From: Malassezia furfur
Lineage: Eukaryota
Assembly: GCA_052055015.1 (NCBI GenBank)
Contig: JBQJIT010000062.1
DNA: 37,744 bases
Direction: 5' to 3' (one strand)
This document shows, one piece after another, positions 1 to 10,205 of the stretch. The first letter of the stretch is position 1, and the number at the start of each line of letters is the position of its first letter. The notes below the pieces were generated by a model. The model ran no database searches, had not been told where the DNA came from, and saw nothing but the letters and a program-made list of their open reading frames with translations. Both the position numbers and the translations under genes were made by a program.

Positions 1-355
1 TGCGGGCATATTCGCGCTCCTCGTGCATGCGCTGGATACGTGCGAGGGACTCGTCTAGCTCCTTGGGGCGCTCGTACTTGGGTAGCGGAGGAACGTATAC
101 GCTACCGTTGCGCAGTAGCGTGTCAAGCATGAGCGAGTCATCGTGTTGGGCGCGTCCATACTGTGCAACCTGCACGAGCGTCTCGCGAGGCACGCGCACG
201 GCGGTGGCCCCGTCGAGCGAGGCACTGCTCGACGCGTCGCGGTGCGGCTGCATGTGTCCCTGTAGTGCCTCGCGCACTGCCTGTGGCGTGTCGGGCGCGT
301 GCGCGACGTGCGCGAGACGCGTCGCGCTCGGCGCCGACACCACCCACTCCAACAT
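1..355 (-). CDS. VMA12: Vma12/TMEM199-like ER V-ATPase assembly factor, 5' part (runs off the left edge)
   Basis: Not in the ORF track. Minus-strand ATG at 355 opens MLEWVVSAP...LMLDTLLRNGSVYVPPLPKYERPKELDESLARIQRMHEEREYAR with no stop to the window edge. The LLxG-VYVPP...L.R....EEREY pattern is typical of Vma12. Confidence 0.75.
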   Translation of the reverse strand, partial: MLEWVVSAPSATRLAHVAHAPDTPQAVREALQGHMQPHRDASSSASLDGATAVRVPRETLVQVAQYGRAQHDDSLMLDTLLRNGSVYVPPLPKYERPKELDESLARIQRMHEEREYAR

Positions 356-387
356 TTGTTGTGGAAGGCCACGTGCTTCTCGCGACG

Positions 388-2001
388 ATGCGAACCTTTT
401 GTCCGCGGCCGGCCGGCAGCGTGCTGCGTCCCGCGCGGTGTGTGCGCGCACCGCAGCGTGCGCGGCTAAGCAGCAGTGCTGTGCAGCGGGACGAGGATGA
501 CCCGGAGAAGATGTACCAGCGCCTCGTCGACACCCAGGCGCTGCGTGACGATAGCCACCAGCGCCGGATCGTTGCGAAGCTGCAGCGCCTGCACGAGGCG
601 CTGCGCACTTATCAGCAACCGTCCGTGCCCGACCCTGAGGATGGGCTGGTCGAGACGGTGAAGAAGAAGCCCGGCCTACTTGGTTCGCTGATTTCGCTGC
701 TGCCGCTGCCCGAGCAGGAGGCCGGCAAGTTGGAGCAGTCCAAAATGCTTGGTGTCAGCGAGCAGATGCGGTCGCAGAGCGTGTTTGGTAAGCTGGCCTC
801 GGTCTTCTCGAAGCGCAAAGAGGTGCCCACGGAGCCGGTGCGTCCTGAGGGTGCGCCAATGGGCATCTACCTGTACGGCGACGTCGGCACCGGCAAAAGT
901 ATGCTGATGGACCTCTTCTACAAGACGCTCCCTTCCAATATCACCCGCAAACGCCGCATCCACTTTCATCAGTTCATGATTGACGTGCACAAGCGCTCGC
1001 ACTTTTACAAGTCGAAATACCACCGCGCCTCGGGCATCGTCGGTCAGGCGGGGATGGCCAAGCCCGCGAGTGCGCCGGCGCCCGCCGCGGCCGAAGCGGC
1101 GGGGCCCGAGCACGAGGGCGAAATTGACCCCATTGAGCCGGTAATCCGTGAGATTGCGCAGCAGGTCGAGGTGCTGTGCTTTGACGAGTTCCAGGTGGTG
1201 GACATTGTGGATGCGATGATTCTGCGTCGCATCCTGGAAGGCTTGATGCGCTACGGCGTGGTGAGCGTCATGACATCAAACCGCATGCCCTCCGAGCTGT
1301 ACAAGAACGGCATCCAGCGCTCGAGTTTCTTGCCGTGCATCTACCTGCTCGACACGCAGTACCAGGTGATCGACCTCAACTCGGGGACCGACTACCGCAA
1401 GGTAGAGCAGGCGCGTGACCAGGTCTACTTTGTCGCGACCAACCCCGCGGAGAAAGCCGAGTACGAGAAGCAGTGGGATGGCCTCGTGGCGCATGAGACG
1501 GTGCGCCGCGACCGCGTGATCGAGGTGTGGGGTCGGCGCATCGTCGTGCCGCAGAGCACCAAGCACGTCGCGCGCTTCACGTTCCACGACCTGTGTGGCG
1601 AGCCACGGAGCGCCGCAGACTACATTGCGTTGTGCCAGGCCTTCCACACGATCTTTATCGACGACATTCCGCTGATGAACTTTGACATGCGCGATGTTGC
1701 GCGCCGCTTCATCACGTTCGTGGATGCCGTGTACGAGAGCAAGACACGGCTCTTTTGCACCTCCGAGGTGGAGATCATGAAGGTGTTTAGCGGCGAGTCG
1801 GCTATGGACAAAACGAACAAGAAGCCGTCGGACCAGATGCGCGCGTTGATGGACGACCTCAAGATGACCGTCGACGACATCGGCAGCTCGTCCATCTTTA
1901 GCGGCGAGGAGGAGATGTTTGCGTTTGCGCGTCTCTTGTCGCGTCTGAGCGAGATCAGCACGCACGGCTACCAGCGCGCGGCGATTGCGCGTGCGTCCTA
2001 G
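388..2001 (+). CDS. AFG1: AFG1/LACE1 (ZapE-like) mitochondrial AAA+ ATPase
   Basis: Walker A GDVGTGKS, IHFHQFM, Walker B CFDEFQV, TSNR, ARRFITFVDAVYE. First in-frame ATG is 388, followed by an Arg-rich presequence-like N-terminus. Confidence 0.93.
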   Translation: MRTFCPRPAGSVLRPARCVRAPQRARLSSSAVQRDEDDPEKMYQRLVDTQALRDDSHQRRIVAKLQRLHEALRTYQQPSVPDPEDGLVETVKKKPGLLGSLISLLPLPEQEAGKLEQSKMLGVSEQMRSQSVFGKLASVFSKRKEVPTEPVRPEGAPMGIYLYGDVGTGKSMLMDLFYKTLPSNITRKRRIHFHQFMIDVHKRSHFYKSKYHRASGIVGQAGMAKPASAPAPAAAEAAGPEHEGEIDPIEPVIREIAQQVEVLCFDEFQVVDIVDAMILRRILEGLMRYGVVSVMTSNRMPSELYKNGIQRSSFLPCIYLLDTQYQVIDLNSGTDYRKVEQARDQVYFVATNPAEKAEYEKQWDGLVAHETVRRDRVIEVWGRRIVVPQSTKHVARFTFHDLCGEPRSAADYIALCQAFHTIFIDDIPLMNFDMRDVARRFITFVDAVYESKTRLFCTSEVEIMKVFSGESAMDKTNKKPSDQMRALMDDLKMTVDDIGSSSIFSGEEEMFAFARLLSRLSEISTHGYQRAAIARAS

Positions 2002-5000
2002 GTCTGTAGCGCCCAAATATCCATCTTTTTCAGCAGGCCCTTGAGGTTCTTGCCCGCGCGGAACGAGTTCGCGGCGAGCCACGTCTGCATCTCCTCGCGC
2101 AGCGACGCGAGCGTGTCGTGGATCGGCCACGCGCCCTCGTGCCGCGGGTTGAGCAGCACGTGGAAAAAGCGCGTCCAGAGCGCTGTGTGCCAGTAGCGCC
2201 GTAGCGGCTGCTGGATCTTGTACGTCTTGCGCCCGCGCTCGTCAACGAACGACGTCGTCTCAATGTACTTGCCAAACAGCAGGCAGTACGCGATGCTTGC
2301 GAGCCCGTAGTAGTCCGCCTGGTACGTCCATGGGCGCATCTCGTGCATCTCGACACAGTCCTGCGTGCCCGGCGTCCAGTCCGCCAAAAACGTCTGGCCC
2401 TCGGGAAAACACCGCAGGTCGATCGCGCGCCCAAAGTCGATCAGCATCACGCCACGGCTGCGCCATGCGGCATTCGTCGCGTCGTACGCGCTGGGCCATG
2501 CGCTTCCCTCTGGGACGGGCTGCGCCCGCACAAGACAGTTGTCAATTTTGAGGTCGCCGTGCAGCACGTCGACACGGTGCATCGCCTCGATGAGCTGCAG
2601 AAGATCGATCATGAAAAACATCGCCAGCACCTCTTCGACGCCGCCCGTCGTCCCGCCTGCGGTGCTCGGCACGGCGGCGACGCCGGCGCTGCGCGCATGG
2701 TTCACGAGCTCGAGCAGCGTGCCCTGCGCACCGTACGTCAGCAGCAGCATCGACTCGTCCGCAAACGCCACGAACCGCCGCGCGCCCACCACCGACGCAC
2801 GCAACTCGGGCGGCAGACGGCCGTGCAGCTCATGCAGCACGTAAAACTCCCACCAATTGGCGGGGCGCTCGATCTTGAGCGCAAGCAGCTGCCGGCGCTC
2901 GAGCTCCTCGACGTCGTCCTCGCCGAGGTCGTCGTAGCGCGGCGCCTCCTCGCCGGGCAGCGGAACGCGGCCGTGGGCGTCCTGGGCAAGGAACACGGCG
3001 CCGTAGCCGCCCTGGCCAATCTTTTGGTGGATGGCCAGCACCATGTCGGCGACCTCGATGTCGCACACGGCGCTCGCAGCTTGCAAACCACTGACCGAGC
3101 GCCGCGCATGCGCCTTGACGCGGCGGTCCAGGTCCGCAAGGAAGGTCGACGACGAGGCGCGCGCATCCACAAAGCCGACCAGCGACGAGACAGGTGTCGC
3201 CAGGTTCGCAAGCAGCGCACGCACCACATCAGGATCCGCGGGCGAGCACGGGTTCGCGAGCGCCAGCGACGCTGGATCCGCACGCAGGCCCCCGAGCGGC
3301 GTCGCCCGTGCCGCCGATGCCTCCTCGGCGCGGCTGCGGTCATCGGCGTCCGAGTCGTCGGCGGTCACCGACGTCCAGCGCGACACCTCGGTGCGTTCCG
3401 TGATGGGCGTCAGCGGCTGGAACGGCTCACGCGTGCTTACAAACGGCGCGTCAGGGTCGCGCGCCGTGGCCGCCTCCTCCGCTTCGTCCGCTTCGTCGGC
3501 CTCCTCCGCCTCATCCCATGTGGAGGCGGACGGCGTCCGTGCGGCGAGCGGTGTACGAGCGCCGCCACCAAACGGCGTGCGCGGCGCACCGCCAAACGGC
3601 GTGCGGGGCGTGCGCTGCGGCGTCGCTGCGGCGCGCGGAACCTGTTCATTCTCATCGTACGTGCGGCGCACCAGCACCGCCGGCTCGCCCTCTGACGCGC
3701 TGCTCGCCTCGCTCTCCGACTCGCTTTCCTCGTCGTCGCTCTCACCGTTGAACATGTGGTCCACCTCGAGGATCGCAGCTTTGGTCACGAGCGTCGGTGA
3801 GGCCGCACGGCGCCGCTCAGGCAGCCAGCGACCGTGCGACGCATCAAGCGAGATCCACGGGTCGATGCGGTCGAGCGCGTGCCGGTCACGACGCAGCGCG
3901 CGCAGCTCGTCATAGCATAACTCGTGCGTGGCACGGATGGGACGGTGCTTGTCCGCGACGCACGCGGCAATGTCCGCGCCGGGGTACATGGCCGCGAGCG
4001 GCGCCACGTGCCTTTCGCGCGGCGCAGCGTGCGGCGCCTTGGCCTTGGACCGCGCGCGTGCCTTGGACGGGGCAGGTGCGTCGGCCTTGGGTGTCTCGGC
4101 CCTGGGCGCCATGGCCTTGGGTGTCTCGGCGGGTGGCGCACGCTGCACCTCTTGCTGGTCATAGTACAGGAACGGCGACTTGCGTAGGCGGTCCGTCTCG
4201 GTGTCGGCCGTGCGCTGCGAGATGCCTTTGCGCGGCGTCGGACGCTCCGGACTCGCGTGATCCTCATCGGAGTCGCAAAACACCTCGAGAGCACGCGCCT
4301 GGGTGCGTGGTGTGAGCGTATGCATCGGCTGGAGCGTGCGTGGGGCGCTGGTATTCTCCTTGCGTCGCTGCGGCTCGCTCACAAGCTCGTCCCACTTGCT
4401 TGCGGCACGTGGCGCAGGCGCTTCGTCGCCGTTCTCGTCGCGGTACACGTTCATGGTACGCGCATTGGGGCGCACGGCGCGCGACAGCGGCTGGTGGCCA
4501 CCGAGCACATTGGTCGGTTTGCTCTCGCCATGCGCCGTCTTGGTGCCGAGCACGCTGCGGCCCGCACGCGCCATCGCGGTCGCCAGCGCCTTGGAATAGG
4601 TGGGTGTCTCGTCACTGGAGGACTCGGGCAGCGCCAAGATCCGCGCTTGGTACTCGCCGTAGCGTCGCTTGAGCCGATCGAGCGGCGCGGCCCGGCGGGC
4701 GATGCCCATCTTGTACGTGGCGTCCGCCTCGTCGTACACATTGTGCGCCTCGAGCACCACGGCGAGCTCCTCATAGAGTGCCGCAAGACGTGTCCCAATC
4801 TCGTTGGCGAGCAGGAACTGGAAGACGTCGCGCGGGACGTCGGTATGTTGGGCGTACAAAATCCACAGGCGCAGATAGCGGCTGTCGTTGCGGTACTGCT
4901 CCGAGTCTTTAAAAGTGCGTGTGGCACGCTCAAGCAGTGGCACAATACCGCTCTCAGTGCTCTTGCCGGAGGGATAGTTGTCGACGCACCACTTGACGTA

Positions 5001-5339
5001 CGTACACCACGCCTCAAGCGGGTCGTCAGACTCGAGGTTATCGATGCTCGTGACCACGTGTTCATGCTCCTGCCGCTGCTGCTGTAACAGCTCTTGCCGC
5101 TCCTTGTGGTGCATAGAGAAGGTGGTGCTGAGCGCATGCGCCGAGCGTCCCCGCGCGCGGGGTTGCACATTCTCCTTTTGCTTCTCAATCGTCTCGAACG
5201 GCGTGATGGGCGTGGACGACGTCTGCTCCATCTGCGGCCTGAGTGGCGTACGCAGCGGTGTCTTGACAGGGGTCGCAGCGCCCAGCCCACGCAGCGGGGT
5301 CTGCATCACCGACACCCGACGCGCCTCGCTTCCGTCCAT
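1998..5339 (-). CDS. BUB1: Spindle checkpoint kinase Bub1/Mad3 (MadBub type)
   Basis: KEN box (IEKQKENVQP), TPR region (DDPLEAW...YRNDSRYLRLWILYA), second KEN, GLEBS-like ELCYDELRAL, SPTLVTKAAILEVDHMFN motif, kinase domain (GQGGYG, HGDLKIDN, IDFGRAID). First ATG is 5339. Confidence 0.95.
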   Translation of the reverse strand: MDGSEARRVSVMQTPLRGLGAATPVKTPLRTPLRPQMEQTSSTPITPFETIEKQKENVQPRARGRSAHALSTTFSMHHKERQELLQQQRQEHEHVVTSIDNLESDDPLEAWCTYVKWCVDNYPSGKSTESGIVPLLERATRTFKDSEQYRNDSRYLRLWILYAQHTDVPRDVFQFLLANEIGTRLAALYEELAVVLEAHNVYDEADATYKMGIARRAAPLDRLKRRYGEYQARILALPESSSDETPTYSKALATAMARAGRSVLGTKTAHGESKPTNVLGGHQPLSRAVRPNARTMNVYRDENGDEAPAPRAASKWDELVSEPQRRKENTSAPRTLQPMHTLTPRTQARALEVFCDSDEDHASPERPTPRKGISQRTADTETDRLRKSPFLYYDQQEVQRAPPAETPKAMAPRAETPKADAPAPSKARARSKAKAPHAAPRERHVAPLAAMYPGADIAACVADKHRPIRATHELCYDELRALRRDRHALDRIDPWISLDASHGRWLPERRRAASPTLVTKAAILEVDHMFNGESDDEESESESEASSASEGEPAVLVRRTYDENEQVPRAAATPQRTPRTPFGGAPRTPFGGGARTPLAARTPSASTWDEAEEADEADEAEEAATARDPDAPFVSTREPFQPLTPITERTEVSRWTSVTADDSDADDRSRAEEASAARATPLGGLRADPASLALANPCSPADPDVVRALLANLATPVSSLVGFVDARASSSTFLADLDRRVKAHARRSVSGLQAASAVCDIEVADMVLAIHQKIGQGGYGAVFLAQDAHGRVPLPGEEAPRYDDLGEDDVEELERRQLLALKIERPANWWEFYVLHELHGRLPPELRASVVGARRFVAFADESMLLLTYGAQGTLLELVNHARSAGVAAVPSTAGGTTGGVEEVLAMFFMIDLLQLIEAMHRVDVLHGDLKIDNCLVRAQPVPEGSAWPSAYDATNAAWRSRGVMLIDFGRAIDLRCFPEGQTFLADWTPGTQDCVEMHEMRPWTYQADYYGLASIAYCLLFGKYIETTSFVDERGRKTYKIQQPLRRYWHTALWTRFFHVLLNPRHEGAWPIHDTLASLREEMQTWLAANSFRAGKNLKGLLKKMDIWALQT
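4083..4130. repeat. 18-bp direct repeat (period 30) inside BUB1, encoding AETPKA twice
   Basis: ggccttgggtgtctcggc at 4083-4100 and 4113-4130. Confidence 0.85.
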
Positions 5340-5414
5340 CCGCGGTGGCACAACAACAAGTGGACGCGTCGGTCACGTGCGTGACAAAATTTTGTGGCCG
5401 CGCGCACGACGACC
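5340..5414. promoter_or_regulatory. 75-bp bidirectional BUB1/SSF1 promoter with MCB, CACGTG and RRPE-like motifs
   Basis: ACGCGT 5364-5369; GTCACGTG 5372-5379; palindrome ACAAAATTTTGT 5384-5395 (RRPE-like). Confidence 0.5.
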
Positions 5415-6869
5415 ATGGGGAACAAGCGGCGGAAGAGCAGGACCCACCTCAAGGGACCCATCCAGAACTCGCTGACGGACACGCGTGCGCCCAAGAGCTT
5501 CGTGATCCGTGGAGGAAAGGTTGGCCGAAGTGTCGCAGGGCTCGTCCATGACGTACGCCGTGTCATGGAGCCCAATACGGCGTCGCGACTCAAGGAGCGC
5601 GAGAAGAACCGGCTGCGTGACTTCATGAGCATGGCCGGGCCGCTCGGCGTATCGCACATGCTCGTCTTCAACCAGACCGACGCTGGTACCAACATGCGCA
5701 TCATCCGCTGCCCACGCGGGCCGACGGTGACGTTCCGCGTGAACAAATATGCGCTCGCCAGCGACATTATGCGCTCCTCGCGCCGGCCCATCGCACCGGG
5801 CTCCGAGTTCACCACACCGCCTTTGCTCGTGCTGAACAACTTTGGCAGCGACGAAAAGCACGTCAAGCTCCTCGTCACCGTCTTCCAGAACCTGTTCCCG
5901 CCGCTCCACGTTCACACAATGCGCCTGTCGCAGGTGCGCCGCATCGTGTTGCTCAACTACCACGCCGAGACCAAGACGGTGGATTGGCGCCACTACTTGA
6001 TCTCAGTGCGGCCCGTTGGCGTGTCCCGCTCAGTGCGTCGCGTGATCGAAGGCTCGACCCGGCCGTCGGCGGCGAGCACAGGCAGTGTCACCGGACACGG
6101 CGGCTCTAACAAGCGCCACGGCCGTGCCCTCGTCAACTTGGCCAACATGACCGATATCGCCGAGTACGTCATGCGTGGCAGCGCCGCTGGTGGCGGCGAG
6201 GATACCGATACGAGCGAGGCCGAGTCGGAGGCCGAGGACATTGCGGACCCGCGCAACGCCGTCGAGCTGCCGCAGTCATACTTGGGTCGTGGAAACGATG
6301 CCAATACACAGCGCGCCGTGCGTCTGCGTGAGATTGGCCCGCGCATGGAACTGAGACTTGTCAAGATCGAGGAGGGGCTTAACGGCAGTGAGGTGCTATA
6401 CCACGACTATGTACACAAGACCGCCAAGGAGGTCGCCGAGCAGACGCGCGTCGTCTCAGCGAAAAAGCGTCTCGCCGCCGAGCGCAAGGCTGAGCAGGCC
6501 AAGAATGTGGAGCGCAAAAAGGAGGAGAAGGCCGCGCGGAAAGTGTCGTTCCGTGGTGGTGACAAAGATGTGAGTGAGGATGAGTCGGAACCCGAGGATG
6601 CTGAGGACGTCGACGATGAAGAGGACGAGGAAGACGAGTTCGCCTATGAAGATCAGGCTGGCGGTGGCCAAGTCGCCAACGATGTGCTCCACAGCGACGA
6701 GGAGCTCTTTGATGACGCCGAAGACGCCGACGAATACGGTGCACCCGACTCTGATGCGGAGGATAGCGACAGCGACACTGAGCCCATCGCGCTTGGCGCC
6801 ATGGAGCACGACACGCCCTCGCCGCCGTCCAAGCGGTCGCGACCGAGCGCCGCGCACAGACGTAGATGA
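5415..6869 (+). CDS. SSF1: Brix-domain 60S biogenesis protein Ssf1/Peter Pan
   Basis: KRRKSRTH, PKSFVI, RRVMEPNTASRLKER, GPLGVSH, PRGPT, LREIGPRMELRLVKIEEG and an acidic C-terminal tail. ATG at 5415. Confidence 0.95.
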   Translation: MGNKRRKSRTHLKGPIQNSLTDTRAPKSFVIRGGKVGRSVAGLVHDVRRVMEPNTASRLKEREKNRLRDFMSMAGPLGVSHMLVFNQTDAGTNMRIIRCPRGPTVTFRVNKYALASDIMRSSRRPIAPGSEFTTPPLLVLNNFGSDEKHVKLLVTVFQNLFPPLHVHTMRLSQVRRIVLLNYHAETKTVDWRHYLISVRPVGVSRSVRRVIEGSTRPSAASTGSVTGHGGSNKRHGRALVNLANMTDIAEYVMRGSAAGGGEDTDTSEAESEAEDIADPRNAVELPQSYLGRGNDANTQRAVRLREIGPRMELRLVKIEEGLNGSEVLYHDYVHKTAKEVAEQTRVVSAKKRLAAERKAEQAKNVERKKEEKAARKVSFRGGDKDVSEDESEPEDAEDVDDEEDEEDEFAYEDQAGGGQVANDVLHSDEELFDDAEDADEYGAPDSDAEDSDSDTEPIALGAMEHDTPSPPSKRSRPSAAHRRR

Positions 6870-6942
6870 GTAAGCATTTTCTCCGGCCGAGACCCAGAGG
6901 CGCCACCGGACGCGTGCACCACCGACGGGTCTCACCTTCGCC

Positions 6943-8619
6943 ATGGCGCAGATTTTTCAAAACAATCCGCGCAGCGCGGGCCTGTTCCTCGGTGGAAACC
7001 GGTTGACGGGGTCGGATATTCGTGACCAAAATGTGTTGGCGGTGCAATCCATCGCGAACATCGTCAAGACGTCGCTTGGGCCAGTCGGACTGGACAAGAT
7101 GCTCGTCGACGACATTGGTGACGTAACCATCTCGAACGACGGGGCGACTATCCTGCAGCTCTTGGAAGTCGAGCAGCCTGCCGCAAGGATTCTGGTGGAA
7201 CTTGCGCAGCAGCAGGACAAAGAGGTGGGCGACGGCACGACGTCAGTGGTTGTCCTGGCTGCCGAACTTCTGCGCCGCGCGAATGAACTGGTCAAGAACA
7301 AGATTCATCCCACGACTATCATCACGGGCTACCGCCTGGCATGCCGCGAGGCGATCAAGTACATCCAGGACCAGCTCGCAGTCAAGGTTGACGGGCTCGA
7401 CCGGGAGAGTCTGCTGAACGTCGCCAAGACGAGTGTGTCGAGCAAGGTGATCGGCAGCGACGACGACTTCTTCGCGCAGCTTGCTGTGGATGCCATGCTC
7501 GCGGTCAAGACGGTGAATGGTCGCGGCGAGACCAAGTACCCCGTCAAGGCGGTCAATGTGCTCAAGGCGCACGGCAAATCGGCGCGTGAGTCGCTCTTTG
7601 TGCAGGGCTACGCGCTGAACTGTACCGTCGCATCGCAGATGATGAAGACGCGCATCACCAACGCCAAGATTGCATGCCTCGACATTAACCTCGTCAAGCA
7701 GCGGATGCATATGGGCGTGCACATTACCATTGATGACCCCGAGCAGCTCGAAAAGATCCGCGCGCGGGAAAGCGAAATGGTGCTGGAGCGTGTGCGCAAA
7801 ATCCTCGCGACGGGCGCCAACGTCATCCTCACCACCAAGGGTATCGACGACCTGTGCTTGAAGGAGTTTGTGCAGGCAGGCGCCATGGCCGTACGCCGCT
7901 GCCGGAAGGAGGATTTGCGCCGGATTGCCAAGGCGTCGGGTGGTCAGTTTGTGAGCAGCTTCGCGAACCTAGATGGCGAGGAATCCTTTGACGCAAACAG
8001 CCTGGGCTACGCCGACGAGGTTGTGCAGGAGCGCATCAGCGACGACGAGCTCATCATGGTGCGTGGCACGAAGCAGTACAGTTCGAGCTCGATTGTGTTG
8101 CGCGGTGCGAACGACTATATGCTCGATGAGATGGAGCGCGCGCTGCACGACAGTCTGAGTGTCGTCAAGCGCACGCTTGAGAGTAACTCGGTGGTTGCGG
8201 GCGGCGGTGCTGTGGAGACCGCTTTGGATATCTACTTGGAAAACTTCGCCACGACCCTTGGCTCGCGCGAGCAGCTGGCGATTGCCGAGTTTGCGCAGGC
8301 GCTGCTGACTATCCCCAAGACGCTCGCTGTGAATGCGGCCAAGGACAGCACGGACCTCGTCGCGAAACTTCGCGCATATCATACCGCCGCCCAGAATGCG
8401 GGGGTTGACGACCCTAAAAAGACGCTTCGCTTCTTCGGATTGGACTTGCTGAACGGTACGGTGCGCGACAACCTGCGTGCCGGTGTCCTGGAGCCGACTG
8501 TGAGCAAGCTGCGTTCGCTCAAGAGCAGTCTGGAAGCTGCGACGAGTCTCTTGCGCATTGACGACGCGATTACGATTCCCCCGGAGCAGCCGCGTGAGGA
8601 TCCGCACGACCATATGTAA
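6943..8619 (+). CDS. TCP1: Chaperonin CCT/TRiC subunit alpha
   Basis: [52 protein letters not shown]. Intronless, 558 aa. Confidence 0.97.
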   Translation: MAQIFQNNPRSAGLFLGGNRLTGSDIRDQNVLAVQSIANIVKTSLGPVGLDKMLVDDIGDVTISNDGATILQLLEVEQPAARILVELAQQQDKEVGDGTTSVVVLAAELLRRANELVKNKIHPTTIITGYRLACREAIKYIQDQLAVKVDGLDRESLLNVAKTSVSSKVIGSDDDFFAQLAVDAMLAVKTVNGRGETKYPVKAVNVLKAHGKSARESLFVQGYALNCTVASQMMKTRITNAKIACLDINLVKQRMHMGVHITIDDPEQLEKIRARESEMVLERVRKILATGANVILTTKGIDDLCLKEFVQAGAMAVRRCRKEDLRRIAKASGGQFVSSFANLDGEESFDANSLGYADEVVQERISDDELIMVRGTKQYSSSSIVLRGANDYMLDEMERALHDSLSVVKRTLESNSVVAGGGAVETALDIYLENFATTLGSREQLAIAEFAQALLTIPKTLAVNAAKDSTDLVAKLRAYHTAAQNAGVDDPKKTLRFFGLDLLNGTVRDNLRAGVLEPTVSKLRSLKSSLEAATSLLRIDDAITIPPEQPREDPHDHM

Positions 8620-8650
8620 CTCGTTGCTAGGATTGTCTAAAAAAGTGACA

Positions 8651-9935
8651 CTATACCTTCGCGTGCGTCCCATTCGTTTTGTCGCCATGGTATATGGAAT
8701 GGAACTTCGACACAAGCGAATTCCAGCCCCAACTGCTGCGTCGCATATGGCCCCCTTCCTGCACGGTCTCGGGCTCGTGGTGCGCCGGGTGATGCCCAGT
8801 GGCGTCCTCGCCTGACTCCTTGTCGGCATGGTATTGTGATGGCGTAAACGCCGGCTCCTCGTCATCCGAGAACAAGGGCGACGACGGCTCGTCACGGTTC
8901 TGCGCAATTTCGGCCGCCTGGTTGAACCTCTGGGTGGCGCGTACAGCCGCAATCGCCGTCTTCCACTTGCTCCGGTAGTTATCGCGAAGACCGGCGCTGA
9001 TGTCTTGCGTTTGGTCTCCGTCGCGCTCCAGCACCATCTTGAACCAGGGGTGCTCGAGCGCTTCTTCAGCGGTGATGCGTTTCTCGGGGTCCAGGGTCAA
9101 ACACCGCTTGACGAAATCGATCGCCTCTGGGCTCACCGAGCTCCAGTACTTTTCGTGGAACTCGATCTGGCCGCGCTCCAACTGTTTGCGGAAGAGGTCC
9201 GGATCTGCCGACGAGAAGGGGGCATATCCACACAGCATAGCATACGTCACCACGCCAAGACCCCAAATGTCCACGGGTTTCCCGTGCCCTTGCCGCGCAA
9301 TGACCTCGGGCGCCGCGTACCCTACACTGCCGCACAGCCCCTGCAAGTCGTGGTTGCTGTTGTTGCGTAGGTGCGCCGCAATGCCGAAATCGACCAGCAC
9401 AATGTTAGCGTCTTCAGCCGGTGTGCGGTACAGGATGTTCTCGGGTTTGATATCCCGATGCACCGTGTTGTGTCGGTGCATGTATGCGATGGCATCCACG
9501 ACGACATGGATAGTGCGGCACGCAGCTAGCTCCGTGAACTTTCCGCGTGCTAGGCGATCAAACAGCTCGCCACCGTCGGCTTCTTCGAACACAAGATAGA
9601 ACTAGACTTGTTAATGGCGTGAATGACATACCTTGTCCTTGGATTCGAACCATTCAATTAGCTTCACAATGTGGGGATGATCGAGACCCTGTACGGTCTC
9701 GATCTCGCGCATTACCACTTCTTCGTGACCTTTGAGCAGGTGCTTGCTCACGACCTTGACAGCAACATTCCGTGGACCGCCTGCCTCATTGCGTGTGGCT
9801 GCTCGGACCACTCCAAAGGTGCCCTTGCCTAGTGTCTTATGAAAGGTATAATCTTGTTTTTTTGGCTGGTTGTCAGAGTGTGGGGCACGAACCATACGAT
9901 GGTGGCTGGCGATGCAGCAAGTCCGACGCCGTCAT
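8651..9935 (-). CDS. CMK1: Ca2+/calmodulin-dependent protein kinase (Cmk1/Cmk2 family), spliced
   Basis: GKGTFG, VAVK, FESKDK/FYLVFE joined by a 30-nt intron at 9602-9631, HRDIKPEN, DFG, YAAPE and a CaM-binding-like KWKTAIAAVRA. Probable exon 1 (MTASDLLHRQPPSY) from ATG 9935 with a 27-nt intron at 9866-9892; the first-exon frame is problematic (see findings). Confidence 0.88.
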
Positions 9936-10194
9936 GTTGTGTGTACAAGGACGCAAGAAGGGGAGGCTCGTCCGATACTTCCCCCAAGAGACCTCGCACT
10001 TGCCACGATTGCGGATTGACTTAGCACGTGGCGCCAAGGTTAGAACATCTATCCACAATGTCGTATCTAAAACAATGCCCGTCTTTCGTTATCATGCACT
10101 GATTGGTTCACGTTCTCAACAAAAAATTGCCCCGCAAGAGAAATCGCGACTGAGCCGAGATAAAATCGCAATTGTTTTGCTTTCGGCTGCGAAC

Positions 10195-10202
10195 AAAAAA
10201 AA
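10195..10202 (-). terminator. Pol III oligo(T) terminator of the tRNA-Gly gene
   Basis: A8 run on the + strand (T8 on the - strand) 3 nt after the discriminator base. Confidence 0.8.
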
Positions 10203-10205
10203 GCT

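Noticed and set aside
163..387. ORF-track N-terminal extension of AFG1 (and similar GTG/TTG starts for BUB1, SSF1, CRM1, ORC1, GRX5)
   Set aside because: Bacterial-style alternative starts in a eukaryote. The AFG1 extension overlaps the VMA12 CDS, and true starts are ATGs, some in short upstream exons.
6870..6942. GTAAGC donor-like sequence right after the SSF1 stop
   Set aside because: No convincing branch point plus acceptor pair; no effect on either CDS.
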